From the NCBI GenBank assembly GCA_965238225.1, contig OZ250183.1:1-64000 (forward strand): 64,000 nucleotides of DNA, given 5' to 3'. The stretch comes from Gammaproteobacteria bacterium (lineage in GTDB: Bacteria > Pseudomonadota > Gammaproteobacteria > Eutrophobiales > Eutrophobiaceae). Under the pieces are notes generated by a model. The model was not told where the DNA came from. It saw only the letters and a program-made list of their open reading frames with translations, and did not search any database. The translations under genes and the position numbers were made by a program. This document shows, one piece after another, positions 1 through 11,497 of the stretch. The stretch's first letter is position 1; every line of letters starts with the position of its first letter.

Positions 1-146
1 CATGGTATGGAATTGCAGCGGCGGGTAATTTTAAATCTGCACAAAAAATACGTGATGAAATTCAAACACAGTTAACTCAGAAAGAACTTGAACAAGCGAA
101 AAAACTTTCCAGAGAATTATGGGAGAAATACGGAAATAAACGCTGA
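1..146 (+). CDS. 3' end of a probable Sel1-repeat protein (partial)
   Basis: Frame from nt 3 reads WYGIAAAGNFKSAQKIRDEIQTQLTQKELEQAKKLSRELWEKYGNKR*, resembling the C-terminal cap of Sel1-repeat proteins, including those at 49-52 kb. Confidence 0.6.
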   Translation, partial: WYGIAAAGNFKSAQKIRDEIQTQLTQKELEQAKKLSRELWEKYGNKR

Positions 147-316
147 TATATCGGCAATATTGGTGTTAAGTAAGCACAGTATCTGCGAAGCAGGTCGTTA
201 AATAAACACGAGCCACACTGATGAAATTCCATGTTAAATATTAAATCACCCTTATGATTGAATTTTACGATTAGTCGTGAGAATCATTTTTCTTATCTCT
301 TCAATGTGAAATAGTC

Positions 317-853
317 TTAACGTACTACTTTATTTTTTGTTTTTCTTCTGGTGATTTTATTCTTATTCAGGCTCTTGTTTTTAGCAAGAGAATCTTTTAC
401 CATATTATTTTTATACTTAATAATCTTTGCCTGTAGTTTCTCGTCATTGTGAGCAATGATCTCTACAGCAAGCAATCCTGCATTCGTACCCCCGCCTATG
501 GCAACACTGGCTACTGGCACACCTGCTGGCATTTGTACAATTGATAGTAACGAATCCAGTCCTTTTAATGTTTTGCTTTCCACTGGCACACCAATAACAG
601 GTAAGGGTGTTAGACTTGCGACCATTCCTGGTAGATGCGCTGCACCACCTGCCCCAGCAATGATAACACGCAGACCCTTAGTGTGTGCTTTTACAGCATA
701 TTCTGTCATATAGATAGGAGTCCGATGTGCAGATACAACACGTATTTCATAAGGGATTTTAAATTTTTCACAGACATCGGCTGCGTGCTGCATCGTTGGC
801 AAATCTGAATCACTACCCATAATGATTCCAACAAGGGCTTGTTTTTTACTCAT
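317..853 (-). CDS. purE: N5-carboxyaminoimidazole ribonucleotide mutase
   Basis: [40 protein letters not shown] motifs; adjacent to purK. Confidence 0.97.
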   Translation of the reverse strand: MSKKQALVGIIMGSDSDLPTMQHAADVCEKFKIPYEIRVVSAHRTPIYMTEYAVKAHTKGLRVIIAGAGGAAHLPGMVASLTPLPVIGVPVESKTLKGLDSLLSIVQMPAGVPVASVAIGGGTNAGLLAVEIIAHNDEKLQAKIIKYKNNMVKDSLAKNKSLNKNKITRRKTKNKVVR

Positions 854-872
854 TCCCTACCTCCACAACATT

Positions 873-2036
873 CTAGCCTCCAAAATAAAACATGTCTGCT
901 GCTTTTTGTGCAGTTTTTTCCGCTGCAGACAAAGTCTCACCCAGTGCGGTTACGTGTCCCATTTTACGACCCGACATACTTAATTCTTTACCATAAATAT
1001 GGATATGTACACCTGCTATCGCCAATGCTTCATCAAACCCGAAAGGTTGACTGTTGCCATGATTTTGGCCAAGCAAATTAGTCATCACGGCAGCAGGCTT
1101 GACCATTTTAGTAGATCCCAGTGGCCAACCAAAAATAGCGCGTACATGGTTTTCAAATTGAGAACATTCACATGCTTCAATTGTATAGTGTCCTGAGTTG
1201 TGCACTCTGGGCGCAAGTTCGTTGACGATAACTTCTCCATTTTTTGTCAAGAACATTTCAACAGCAAAGCTGCCAATAGCGCCGACTGCAGCTACAGAAC
1301 GCTGAGCAATATAGATTGCCTTTTCGGTAATTGCGTCAGGAACAGGGGCAGGGGCACGAACAATGTGGCAGATATGATCTTTTTGAACAGATTCAGTAAG
1401 CGGATAGGTCGCAATTTCACCGTTGCGACTCGTAGTAATAATAATCGCCAGCTCAGAAATAAAAGGACAAAATGCCTCTATATACAGCGCTCGATTATCG
1501 CCATCCAGTTTACCCCAAGCGGCATCCACTTCGTTTTCGTTATCAACTGTTGCATTACCTTTGCCATCATAACCATTTCTGCGTACCTTAATAATAAGCG
1601 GCCAGTTAAATTCTTTTGCAAACTCAATAATCTCTTCGCGTGATTGAATCGCTCTAAAAGGAGATAACAGAAGACCTGCTTTCTGTAAAGTTTGCTTCTG
1701 TATATATTTATCCTGCACCAAACCAATACTTTTTGCTGTAGGAAATAATGCATATCCAGCCTCTTCTAGCTCAGCTAAACTATTTGCATCTACAAATTCA
1801 TTTTCAATAGTGATGACATCTGCACATTTAGCCAGCTTCAATAAAGCATCAAGACTATCCCAGTCCCCAATAATCCTCTTATCCGCCAGATTCATGAGCG
1901 AACCTTCTAAGGTTCGCTCAAGAGTATAAACCTTGCAACCGAACTCCAATGCTGACAGTGCGACCATTTTTGCTAACTGACCACCCCCGATAATACCAAT
2001 ACGGTTATCAGGTATAACTTCCGCTTTATTGTGCAT
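873..2036 (-). CDS. purK: N5-carboxyaminoimidazole ribonucleotide synthase
   Basis: GIIGGGQL, GYDGKG, NELAPRVHNSGH, GRKMGH motifs. Confidence 0.96.
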   Translation of the reverse strand: MHNKAEVIPDNRIGIIGGGQLAKMVALSALEFGCKVYTLERTLEGSLMNLADKRIIGDWDSLDALLKLAKCADVITIENEFVDANSLAELEEAGYALFPTAKSIGLVQDKYIQKQTLQKAGLLLSPFRAIQSREEIIEFAKEFNWPLIIKVRRNGYDGKGNATVDNENEVDAAWGKLDGDNRALYIEAFCPFISELAIIITTSRNGEIATYPLTESVQKDHICHIVRAPAPVPDAITEKAIYIAQRSVAAVGAIGSFAVEMFLTKNGEVIVNELAPRVHNSGHYTIEACECSQFENHVRAIFGWPLGSTKMVKPAAVMTNLLGQNHGNSQPFGFDEALAIAGVHIHIYGKELSMSGRKMGHVTALGETLSAAEKTAQKAADMFYFGG

Positions 2037-2166
2037 TGTTTTTAATATTTTTTGAGGTCAATATGCTGATTCTAGTATATTGGTTTCCAGCCTAACCGAA
2101 AAAAGCGCTATGATAACTAGCTATATGTGTATTTCTTTGGCATTTATGGCTTGTAGAGGCAGGCAA

Positions 2167-3642
2167 TTAGCGTTGGACAGCGTCGTCTGTAGGGCTGCAA
2201 ACTGGAGAAGGCAGATCTGAACTCCCCATTAAATAAGTATCTACGCCCGCTGCTGCACTTCGCCCTTCAGCAATCGCCCAAACAATCAAACTCTGTCCTC
2301 TATGCATATCCCCTGCACTGAACACCCCTTTGACGCTGGTCATCCATGTCTTTGGATCGACAATCACATTACCACAATCATCCAACTTAACGCTCATCTG
2401 TTCCAACATGCCGGGGTTTTCAGAGCCAAGAAAGCCCATCGCTAACAGAGCCAAATCACAGGGAATTTCCTGTTCGCTGCCTGCGACTTCTTCAAAACTC
2501 ATGCGACCATCAATAGCCTTTAATTCAACGCTCACCAATTGCAATGCCTTTATATTGCCATTGCCATCATCCACAAAACGTTTGGTATTCACTGAATAAA
2601 CACGTTCGACACCTTCTGCATGGGCGGGCGTTGTTCTGAAGATACGTGGCCATTCTGGCCATGGATTATCTTCGGGTCTGGTTGTTGAAGGCTTGGGCAT
2701 GATCTCTAATTGATGGACTGATGCACAGCCTTGACGGTTCGCTGTACCTAAACAATCAACACCAGTATCACCGCCACCGATTATAACTACATGTTTGTCC
2801 GTAGCACTGATAAAATTTTCTGGCTTGTTATCACCTTCACATAATCTATTTTGCATCGGCAAATATTCCATGGCCTGATGAATACCATTTAACTCACGTC
2901 CTTCTGCTGGCAGATCGCGTGCTTCACAGGCGCCACCAGTTAAAATCAGCGCATCGAAATCTGCACGGATATCATCCACTGAAATATTAACTCCAACATT
3001 TGTATTGGTTTTAAAGGTCACACCTTCAGATTCCATTTGTCTTATTCGCCGATCAAGATGTTTCTTTTCCATCTTGAATTCGGGAATACCGTAACGCATT
3101 AAACCACCGATGCGATCGGCTCTCTCAAACAAAGTAACATCATGTCCGGCACGTACTAATTGCTGTGCTGCGGCCATACCTGCCGGACCTGATCCAATCA
3201 CCGCGACTTTCTTGCCTGTCTTATGCTTGGCAATTTCTGGTTTTATCCAACCGCTCTCCCATGCCTTATCAATGATTGATAATTCAACAGCCTTAATGGT
3301 CACAGGATCATCGTTAATATCTAATACACAGGAGCCTTCACAAGGTGCCGGACACAGAGTGCCGGTAAATTCTGGAAAGTTATTCGTCGCATGCAATCTC
3401 TCAATCGCATCATGCCACTCACCACGATAAACCAAGTCGTTCCAATCTGGAATCATGTTGCCTAAGGGACAGCCTTGGTGACAGAATGGAATACCACAAT
3501 CCATGCAACGTGAAGCCTGTACCTTTATTGGCTCCACTGACCATGGTTTCATGATCTGATCATAATCACCTAGACGTTCTTTAACTGGACGATAATCCTG
3601 TTTTTTCCTGCGCTCTTCGAGAAACCCCGTAACCTTACCCAT
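2167..3642 (-). CDS. gltD: glutamate synthase small subunit
   Basis: [10 protein letters not shown] Fe-S motif, GSGPAG and GGGDTG dinucleotide-binding motifs, [10 protein letters not shown]; overlaps gltB stop. Confidence 0.96.
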   Translation of the reverse strand: MGKVTGFLEERRKKQDYRPVKERLGDYDQIMKPWSVEPIKVQASRCMDCGIPFCHQGCPLGNMIPDWNDLVYRGEWHDAIERLHATNNFPEFTGTLCPAPCEGSCVLDINDDPVTIKAVELSIIDKAWESGWIKPEIAKHKTGKKVAVIGSGPAGMAAAQQLVRAGHDVTLFERADRIGGLMRYGIPEFKMEKKHLDRRIRQMESEGVTFKTNTNVGVNISVDDIRADFDALILTGGACEARDLPAEGRELNGIHQAMEYLPMQNRLCEGDNKPENFISATDKHVVIIGGGDTGVDCLGTANRQGCASVHQLEIMPKPSTTRPEDNPWPEWPRIFRTTPAHAEGVERVYSVNTKRFVDDGNGNIKALQLVSVELKAIDGRMSFEEVAGSEQEIPCDLALLAMGFLGSENPGMLEQMSVKLDDCGNVIVDPKTWMTSVKGVFSAGDMHRGQSLIVWAIAEGRSAAAGVDTYLMGSSDLPSPVCSPTDDAVQR

Positions 3643-6600
3643 GAGCCGCCTCCATCACTGCGTCGTCTTCCGAGGTACCTTGTTGCCTGGCTTTTTTGAT
3701 GGCGGCTAATACGCGTTTATAATCCTTTGGCATCACTTTAACAAAACTTGAGTGATAATTTTTCCAATCATCCAGAATTTTCTTCGCCACAGTACTATGT
3801 GTGAACTCCGCATGCTTGGCTAATAGTATTTTAATTGTTTTTACGTCTTCTTCTTCGAGATCATCCAAATCGATCATGTCAAGATTGCATTGGATGCTAA
3901 AATCTTCTTTATCTGCCAACACGTACGCGATACCGCCTGACATGCCCGCACCAAAGTTTCGACCAGTTGAACCTATGACCAGCACACAGCCGCCGGTCAT
4001 GTATTCACAACCATGATCACCGATACCTTCAACTACAACGCTGACACCACTGTTTCTAACGGCAAAACGTTCGCCTGCAAGCCCACGTATATAAATTTCA
4101 CCACCAGTTGCGCCATATAGACAGACATTACCGACAATAATATTTTCTTCAGGCACAAAGATTGAATGTCTTGGTGGATAAACAATAATCTTACCTCCAG
4201 ACAATCCCTTACCAAGGTAGTCATTTGCATCACCTTCCAGCGTCATGGTCACACCTTTAGGTACGAAGGCACCAAAACTCATGCCAGCAGAACCATTGAA
4301 ATGTACACTGACGGTATCCTCAGGCAAGCCTTCTCCACCATATTTCTTAGTGATGTGATAGCCCAAAATGGTACCAACGCTACGATTGATATTCAATATT
4401 GGCAAAATAATATCTACTGATTTTTTACTTTCCAGCGCCTCCTTGCAAAGCGGCACCAGCGTTTTCACATCTAATGAATGCTCCAGCCTATGATTTTGTT
4501 TTTTGCTACAGTACACATCAGTGCCTGCATGAGGTTTTGGCTTGTAAAGGATGTTAGTAAAATCCAAACCATGCGCCTTCCAGTGAGAGGTGGCCTTTCT
4601 GACCTCAATCCTGTCGACCTGCCCAATCATTTCTTCAATAGTTCTAAAGCCTAATTGAGCCATGTACTCACGCACTTCTTCAGCAATATATTTGAAGAAA
4701 TTTTCAACGAACTCTGCTTGACCATCAAATTTCTTACGCAGTTCAGGGTTTTGCGTTGCTACACCCACAGGACAGGTATTCAAATGACAAACACGCATCA
4801 TCACACAACCCATCACTACTAAAGGGGCAGTAGAAAAACCATATTCTTCAGCACCGAGCAATGCAGCAATCACTACATCACGTCCAGTCTTTAACTGGCC
4901 ATCAGTTTGCACGACGATGCGATCACGTAATCCATTCTGCACTAGGACTTGTTGTGTTTCAGCTAGGCCTAATTCCCAAGGCAGACCTGCATGCTTCAGT
5001 GAGCTCATGGGGGATGCGCCGGTACCGCCATCATAACCTGAGACCAGCACGACATCAGAATGCGCCTTGGCCACACCTGCCGCAACAGTGCCGACACCCA
5101 CTTCAGCTGTCAACTTCACATGGATACGCGCTTCTGGATTAGCATTCTTCAGATCATGAATTAACTGTGCCAGATCTTCAATTGAATAAATATCATGATG
5201 TGGTGGTGGTGAAATCAAACCCACACCTGCTGTGGAATGACGAACCTTAGCGATCCACGGATAAACCTTAGCGCCCGGCAACTGTCCGCCTTCTCCAGGC
5301 TTGGCTCCTTGTGCCATTTTAATTTGAATATCATCGGCATTCACCAAATACTCACTGGTCACACCAAAACGACCAGAGGCTACTTGTTTTATCGAACTTC
5401 TTCTTAAATCACCATTCTCATCTGTAATAAAACGATCGGCATCTTCACCGCCTTCACCAGTATTTGATTTGCCACCAATGCGATTCATGGCAATGGCAAG
5501 TGTTTCATGGGCTTCTTTACTAATCGAACCGTATGACATAGCGCCAGTAGAAAAACGCTTCATGATATTTTTAATCGGTTCGACTTCTTCTAATGAAATT
5601 GATTTTTTCGCAAAATTGAATTCAAACAAGCCTCGCAAGGTTGCCAAATGTTCACTCTGATCATTCACCAACGATGTATATTCTTTGAAAATTTTGTACT
5701 GCCCGGAACGCGTAGCATGTTGTAACTTGAATACTGTATCTGGGTTAAATAAATGATATTCACCATCACGACGCCATTGATATTCACCTCCCCATTCTAG
5801 ATCAGGTTTTTTGACTTTTCTTTCTGGAAAGGCATTATGATGACGTAGGCTGGTTTCTTCGGTAATCTCTTGCAGGCCAATACCAGAAATTCGTGATGCA
5901 GTCCAAGTAAAATATTTATCAACGAATCCCTTATTTAAACCAATCGCTTCAAATATCTGCGCACCACGATAGGATTGCACGGTTGAGATACCCATCTTAG
6001 CCATGGTCTTGATCAGACCTTTATTCACTGCCTTGATAAAATTCTTCACCGCTTCTTCATGAGACATTTCCGGCACATAACCTTTGCCGATCAAACTAGC
6101 CAATGATTCAAAAGCCAGATAAGGGTTTACAGCGCCAATACCAAAACCAAGTAGCACAGCGAAATGATGCACCTCTCTAGGTTCGCCTGACTCAAGAATG
6201 AGTCCTATTTTTGTTCTTGAACCGCTTCCTATCAGGTGATGATGTACGCCAGCAGTGGCTAATAATGCTGGAATAGCCGCCTTGCGCTCATCAATACCAC
6301 GATCGGAAAGAATAATATTACTAAACCCTGACTCAATCGCTGTATCAATTTCTCTGAAAATATTGTTCAATGCCTTGTCCATGCCTACATGGCCATCTGC
6401 AATAGGAAAAAGAATATCTACGACTTTGGTCTTTAGACCCGGCAGATCCATATCACGGATACGTGCCAGTTCATCATTGCTTAAGATAGGCGAAGTTAAT
6501 TTTACCTGCCGACAACTTTCAGGAGTTGGTTTTAACAAGTTACCCTCAGGACCCACAGTGGTCGCAACCTGTGTCACTAGTTCTTCACGGATACCATCCA

Positions 6601-8209
6601 ATGGTGGATTTGTGACCTGCGCAAATAATTGTTTGAAGTAGTCATACAGTAGGCGTGGGCGATCTGACAATACAGCAAGCGCGGTATCTGTGCCCATGGA
6701 ACCAATTGGTTCCATACCATCAGTTGCCATAGGTGCCATAAGTACTTTTAGATCTTCGTGAGTATAACCAAAGGCTTGCTGCCTTTGTAATAAAGTATCG
6801 TAATTAGAACCGTGGATTTGTTTCGGGTTGGGTAAATTTTCAATTGGGATAAGATTTTCTTTTAACCAATCTGCATAAGGATTAGCTTTAGAAAATTCTT
6901 TTTTCAGTTCTTCATCGTCAATAATGCGTCCCTGTTTAGTATCTACCATAAAAATACGGCCTGGATACAAACGACCTTTAACTAACACATTTTCTGGTGG
7001 GATATACAACACACCAACTTCAGAAGCCATGACTACCATGCCATCTTTAGTCACATAATAACGTGAGGGTCTTAAGCCATTACGATCTAGTACTGCACCA
7101 ATCACTTCACCATCAGTAAACGCAACTGAAGCAGGGCCATCCCAAGGCTCCATCAAAGTGGCATGGTATTCATAAAATGCCTTACGCGCATCATCCATGG
7201 TTTTATGCCCACTCCAAGCTTCCGGTATCATCATTAAAATAGCATGTGGCAACGAGCGTCCAGTCATATGTAAGAATTCCATGGTATTGTCAAACATTGC
7301 TGAGTCACTACCGCCTTCAATGACAATGGGGAATAATTTTTTCAGATCACTGCCAAACAATGCAGACTCACAAAGTGATTCACGCGCTCGCATCCAGTTA
7401 ATATTTCCACGAGCAGTATTAATCTCACCGTTATGCGCAACATATCTAAAAGGATGCGCTAATTTCCATGCAGGAAATGTATTAGTGGAGAATCTCTGAT
7501 GAACCAGCGCCATGGCTGATTCAAAATCCGGCTCAGTAATATCTGGAAACATAGGTTCGAACTGAGAACCAGTAAGCATACCTTTATAGATGCATGTTCT
7601 GTAGGATAATGACGGTATATAAAACTTATCCTGTTCGCTTAAATGAGAATCCCACACTGCATGCTCTGCTAACTTTCGTATAACATAGAGCTTTCTTTCG
7701 AAACTAACCTCATTTTTAATGTTATTGCTGCGACCAATAAAAATCTGCTTGAAAATTGGTTCACCCATTATTGCTGTTCGACCCAACTTAGAATCGTCGG
7801 TAGGCACATCGCGCCAACCAAGAACTTTCTGTCCTTCTTCTATAACTATCTTCTCAAAAATTTCTTGGCACTGTTTTGCCTGTTTGGCGTTGGTAGGTAA
7901 GAACACCGTGCCTGAACCATAATAACCATAGCGAGGCAAAGCTATATTGATTTCCCTGCAAGCCCGAATAAAAAATTTATGTGGTGTCTGAATTATCATA
8001 CCAACACCGTCGCCCGTGTTTTCTTCGCAGCCACAGGCACCACGATGCGCCAAATTTTTAAGCATCATCATTGCATTTTCTACAATTTTATGCGACTTGC
8101 GCCCTTTGATATCGACAATGAAACCAATGCCACAAGAATCATGCTCATAGGCAGGATCGTATAAACCTTTGGTCGATGAAGTATGAGCTTGTGGATATTT
8201 TTTCTGCAT
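3635..8209 (-). CDS. gltB: glutamate synthase large subunit
   Basis: EHDSCGIG N-terminal nucleophile, [43 protein letters not shown]-terminal domain. Confidence 0.98.
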   Translation of the reverse strand: MQKKYPQAHTSSTKGLYDPAYEHDSCGIGFIVDIKGRKSHKIVENAMMMLKNLAHRGACGCEENTGDGVGMIIQTPHKFFIRACREINIALPRYGYYGSGTVFLPTNAKQAKQCQEIFEKIVIEEGQKVLGWRDVPTDDSKLGRTAIMGEPIFKQIFIGRSNNIKNEVSFERKLYVIRKLAEHAVWDSHLSEQDKFYIPSLSYRTCIYKGMLTGSQFEPMFPDITEPDFESAMALVHQRFSTNTFPAWKLAHPFRYVAHNGEINTARGNINWMRARESLCESALFGSDLKKLFPIVIEGGSDSAMFDNTMEFLHMTGRSLPHAILMMIPEAWSGHKTMDDARKAFYEYHATLMEPWDGPASVAFTDGEVIGAVLDRNGLRPSRYYVTKDGMVVMASEVGVLYIPPENVLVKGRLYPGRIFMVDTKQGRIIDDEELKKEFSKANPYADWLKENLIPIENLPNPKQIHGSNYDTLLQRQQAFGYTHEDLKVLMAPMATDGMEPIGSMGTDTALAVLSDRPRLLYDYFKQLFAQVTNPPLDGIREELVTQVATTVGPEGNLLKPTPESCRQVKLTSPILSNDELARIRDMDLPGLKTKVVDILFPIADGHVGMDKALNNIFREIDTAIESGFSNIILSDRGIDERKAAIPALLATAGVHHHLIGSGSRTKIGLILESGEPREVHHFAVLLGFGIGAVNPYLAFESLASLIGKGYVPEMSHEEAVKNFIKAVNKGLIKTMAKMGISTVQSYRGAQIFEAIGLNKGFVDKYFTWTASRISGIGLQEITEETSLRHHNAFPERKVKKPDLEWGGEYQWRRDGEYHLFNPDTVFKLQHATRSGQYKIFKEYTSLVNDQSEHLATLRGLFEFNFAKKSISLEEVEPIKNIMKRFSTGAMSYGSISKEAHETLAIAMNRIGGKSNTGEGGEDADRFITDENGDLRRSSIKQVASGRFGVTSEYLVNADDIQIKMAQGAKPGEGGQLPGAKVYPWIAKVRHSTAGVGLISPPPHHDIYSIEDLAQLIHDLKNANPEARIHVKLTAEVGVGTVAAGVAKAHSDVVLVSGYDGGTGASPMSSLKHAGLPWELGLAETQQVLVQNGLRDRIVVQTDGQLKTGRDVVIAALLGAEEYGFSTAPLVVMGCVMMRVCHLNTCPVGVATQNPELRKKFDGQAEFVENFFKYIAEEVREYMAQLGFRTIEEMIGQVDRIEVRKATSHWKAHGLDFTNILYKPKPHAGTDVYCSKKQNHRLEHSLDVKTLVPLCKEALESKKSVDIILPILNINRSVGTILGYHITKKYGGEGLPEDTVSVHFNGSAGMSFGAFVPKGVTMTLEGDANDYLGKGLSGGKIIVYPPRHSIFVPEENIIVGNVCLYGATGGEIYIRGLAGERFAVRNSGVSVVVEGIGDHGCEYMTGGCVLVIGSTGRNFGAGMSGGIAYVLADKEDFSIQCNLDMIDLDDLEEEDVKTIKILLAKHAEFTHSTVAKKILDDWKNYHSSFVKVMPKDYKRVLAAIKKARQQGTSEDDAVMEAAHG

Positions 8210-8535
8210 GCAATATTTTGTTATGCTGATGTTTAAATAAGTTATTTACCAGACTAAGCGTCTACCGCTTAACCTTACTTGCCTACCTTAGGAATTCTTT
8301 AGGCTTAATTTTAATTATTTAACTATTCTGCGAATGTCATAGCCATTCAGAAAAACTTGAAGGAATGGTTATTTTTTTGAACGGGCGGTGATTATAATGC
8401 TGTATTGACATTATGTCACGGCGCAACATGGAAATTATAATTATTAAAGATAGCTACTTATTGCAACATTTATTAACAATAATCAGCATTTTTAAAGATT
8501 TTAGAAGAAATTATTATTGATTAGTGGCAGTTCTC

Positions 8536-9660
8536 TTATGCTTTCACTCGTTCGAGCTCAGAAAAGGCGAACCTATCCGTCATCCCAGCAATATAATCTG
8601 CAATGATTCTTGCCGTACCTTGAGTTTTTTTCTCTAAGCTCACGTTTTTTTGAACCTCTTCAGGTAATAAGCCATGAGATACCATAAAGCAATCAAACAA
8701 GTATCGGATCACCTGCGCGGCATCTGTGCTCATTTTTTCAACTTTTTCGTGTTTATAAAGATTTTTATTTAAAAATTGTTTCAGTTGCAAATTTTGCGCG
8801 TTAATGGGCGCACTTAATTCAACTAAAGGTTTGTCCGCAGCCCTGACATCTTCTATCGTAACAGGATTCAATGAATTTATATTTTCCTGGCTGTTAATAA
8901 TGAGATCACTCGTTAACGAGTTAATCATGCGACGTATCACTTCATGTGTCATTCTTTTCTTAGACAAAGTTGGCCACTTTTTGGTAACTGCTGTCAACTC
9001 TTTACAAAATAATTCACATTCTGCCAACTGCTCAAAAGTGAGCAATCCGGCTCTCAAGCCATCATCAACATCATGGTTGTTATAGGCGATCTGATCAGCA
9101 ATATCTGCTACCTGTGCTTCCAAACTCGGCTGTAATTTATCCAAAAACCGCCGTCCTATTGCACCTAGATCTTTAGCTTTACTGCGTGAACAATGCTTCA
9201 GTATGCCTTCTCTGGTTTCATACATCAGGTTCAGACCTATGAACTCTGCATACTTTTCTTCAAGCAGATCAACGACCCTTAAGGACTGTAGATTATGTTC
9301 GAAACCACCGAATTCTTTCATGCAAAGATTAAGTTCACGCTGACCGGCATGCCCAAAGGGTGTATGCCCAAGATCATGTGCCAGACAAATGGCTTCTGTT
9401 AAGTCTTCATTGAGTTGCAGCGCACGAGCGATGCTGCGACCAATCTGGGCGACCTCAATGGAGTGAGTCAAACGTGTACGGAACATATCCCCAACATGGT
9501 TGACAAATACTTGGGTTTTATATTCTAACCTGCGAAATGCTGAAGAATGCACAACGCGATCACGATCTCTTTGAAACTGGTTACGATATGATGGCTCGGG
9601 TTCGGCGAACTCGCGCCCTAATGAATTTTCTTCACTGACCGCATAGCATGCCATGTGCAT
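8536..9660 (-). CDS. dgt: deoxyguanosinetriphosphate triphosphohydrolase (HD family)
   Basis: FQRDRDR, RTRLTHS, HDLGHTPFGHAG, DYIAGMTD motifs. Confidence 0.93.
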   Translation of the reverse strand: MHMACYAVSEENSLGREFAEPEPSYRNQFQRDRDRVVHSSAFRRLEYKTQVFVNHVGDMFRTRLTHSIEVAQIGRSIARALQLNEDLTEAICLAHDLGHTPFGHAGQRELNLCMKEFGGFEHNLQSLRVVDLLEEKYAEFIGLNLMYETREGILKHCSRSKAKDLGAIGRRFLDKLQPSLEAQVADIADQIAYNNHDVDDGLRAGLLTFEQLAECELFCKELTAVTKKWPTLSKKRMTHEVIRRMINSLTSDLIINSQENINSLNPVTIEDVRAADKPLVELSAPINAQNLQLKQFLNKNLYKHEKVEKMSTDAAQVIRYLFDCFMVSHGLLPEEVQKNVSLEKKTQGTARIIADYIAGMTDRFAFSELERVKA

Positions 9661-9663
9661 AAA

Positions 9664-10773
9664 TTAGCCAGCCTTTTTGCTCGAAGAAAAATAACGCAAT
9701 GTTTCCATTAATAAGTCTTCATCAAACTCGTCTGTCACTACAACTTCGCCAATTTTTTTTAACAAAACCAAAGATATCACGCCATCTTTCGATTTTTTAT
9801 CTACAGACATTAACTCACGCATTTTTTCTGGATCGAAGTTATCAGGCATTGTCACAGGCAAATTTAACTTAAGCAGTATACTTTTTATACGTTCAGTAGT
9901 TTTTTTTGTGATAAAACCCATGCGTAAAGAAAGATCTGCTGCCATCAACATGCCCAAAGCAATTGCCTCTCCATGTAACCATGTCCCATACCCAAGACCT
10001 GTCTCAATTGCATGTCCAAAGGTATGACCAAAATTAAGTATTGCACGAACTCCAGACTCTCTTTCATCTTCTGCAACAATGCCTGCCTTGTTTCTACAGG
10101 ATTGTTCAATAACATAGGCAAGCACTTCTGTTTTGCGCTTAAATAATAAATCTATATTAGAATCTACCCAATCGAAAAATTTTACATCCCTAATCAATCC
10201 ATATTTAATAACTTCGGCAAGTCCGGCATTTAACTCTCTATCACTAAGCGTATCTAATACGGAGGTATCAACGATCACGGCTTGCGGTTGGTGAAATGCG
10301 CCGATCATATTCTTGCCTGCAGCATGATTAACACCGGTTTTACCACCCACAGATGAATCTACCTGTGCCAATAATGTTGTGGGTATTTGGATAAAATCTA
10401 TACCACGCTGATAACAGGCTGCAGCAAACCCTGTAATATCTCCAACAACTCCACCACCTAATGCCACCAAGCAGCTATTCCTACTAAAACGCTTTTCTAG
10501 TAATGCAGTAATAATCTCATTAACTGAGTCAAGTGTTTTATATTGCTCACCATCTGCAAGAACTACTGAGCTAACATCCATGCCATGCGAGACCATGACT
10601 TGTAAAGATTGCATAACCTTCTCAATATATAAAGGTGCAACCGTTATATTGCTTACAAGCATCACTTGTTTAGATTTTATATTTTCAGAAAATAAATGTT
10701 TTTTGCCAAGTAGGTCTTTGCCTATATAGATTGGATAGCTGCGCTCATTAAGTTCTACGATTATTTTTTTCAT
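9664..10773 (-). CDS. aroB: 3-dehydroquinate synthase
   Basis: GGGVVGD, PTTLLAQVDSSVGGKT, LNFGHTFGHA. Confidence 0.97.
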   Translation of the reverse strand: MKKIIVELNERSYPIYIGKDLLGKKHLFSENIKSKQVMLVSNITVAPLYIEKVMQSLQVMVSHGMDVSSVVLADGEQYKTLDSVNEIITALLEKRFSRNSCLVALGGGVVGDITGFAAACYQRGIDFIQIPTTLLAQVDSSVGGKTGVNHAAGKNMIGAFHQPQAVIVDTSVLDTLSDRELNAGLAEVIKYGLIRDVKFFDWVDSNIDLLFKRKTEVLAYVIEQSCRNKAGIVAEDERESGVRAILNFGHTFGHAIETGLGYGTWLHGEAIALGMLMAADLSLRMGFITKKTTERIKSILLKLNLPVTMPDNFDPEKMRELMSVDKKSKDGVISLVLLKKIGEVVVTDEFDEDLLMETLRYFSSSKKAG

Positions 10774-10778
10774 TATAT

Positions 10779-11291
10779 TTATTGTGCAGCCGACATTATC
10801 TGCGTAATTATATCATCGATAGAAAGCTCCGCTGTATCGATCAACATATCAGAAATTTCTTCATATAATGGTTCGCGTATTTCAAGCATCTCCTTAAGGA
10901 CAAGCTCAGGCTCTTCGCTCTGAAGCAAAGGTCTTTTTCTGTCTCTACAGGTTCTTTTTAATAATTGCTTGATATCTGATTTAAGATACACCACAAATCC
11001 TTTTTCTGAAAGACGCGTCCTATTTTCTATATTTAATACAGCACCGCCGCCCGTTGCCAAGACAATATTAGACAACGATGCAAGTTCATTTAATAGTTGT
11101 GTTTCTCTCTTGCGGAAACCTTCTTCCCCTTCAATCTCGAAAATAAGAGCAACTGATACACCTGTACGCTTCTCAATCTCATCATCACAATCATAAAATT
11201 GTTGCGATAATTTTCTCGCCAATTTCCTTCCAACAGTCGACTTGCCAGTACCCATTGATCCAATCAAAAATATATTAGAGTGAGGTTTCAA
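10779..11291 (-). CDS. aroK: shikimate kinase
   Basis: GSMGTGKST P-loop, GEEGFR, ATGGG, RPLL; TTG start; conserved pilQ-aroK-aroB order. Confidence 0.95.
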   Translation of the reverse strand: MKPHSNIFLIGSMGTGKSTVGRKLARKLSQQFYDCDDEIEKRTGVSVALIFEIEGEEGFRKRETQLLNELASLSNIVLATGGGAVLNIENRTRLSEKGFVVYLKSDIKQLLKRTCRDRKRPLLQSEEPELVLKEMLEIREPLYEEISDMLIDTAELSIDDIITQIMSAAQ

Positions 11292-11356
11292 GAAGATTTT
11301 ACCTATTCTTAACTTTTAAACAAAAATAATCTTAACTAAGGATAAATCAAGGCCAG

Positions 11357-11393
11357 AAAATAAAAAAGGATGTGACATAAATGCCACATCCTT
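11357..11393 (-). terminator. rho-independent terminator downstream of pilQ
   Basis: Minus strand AAGGATGTGGCATTTATGTCACATCCTT hairpin followed by a T-rich tract. Confidence 0.6.
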
Positions 11394-11497
11394 AAATATC
11401 TTTGTATCCTGTTATCTCAAAAGGCTACAGAATATGCGTGTAGAATCTTAATATTCTAAAGGATTATGTATATGACGACGTATGTATATAACGACGA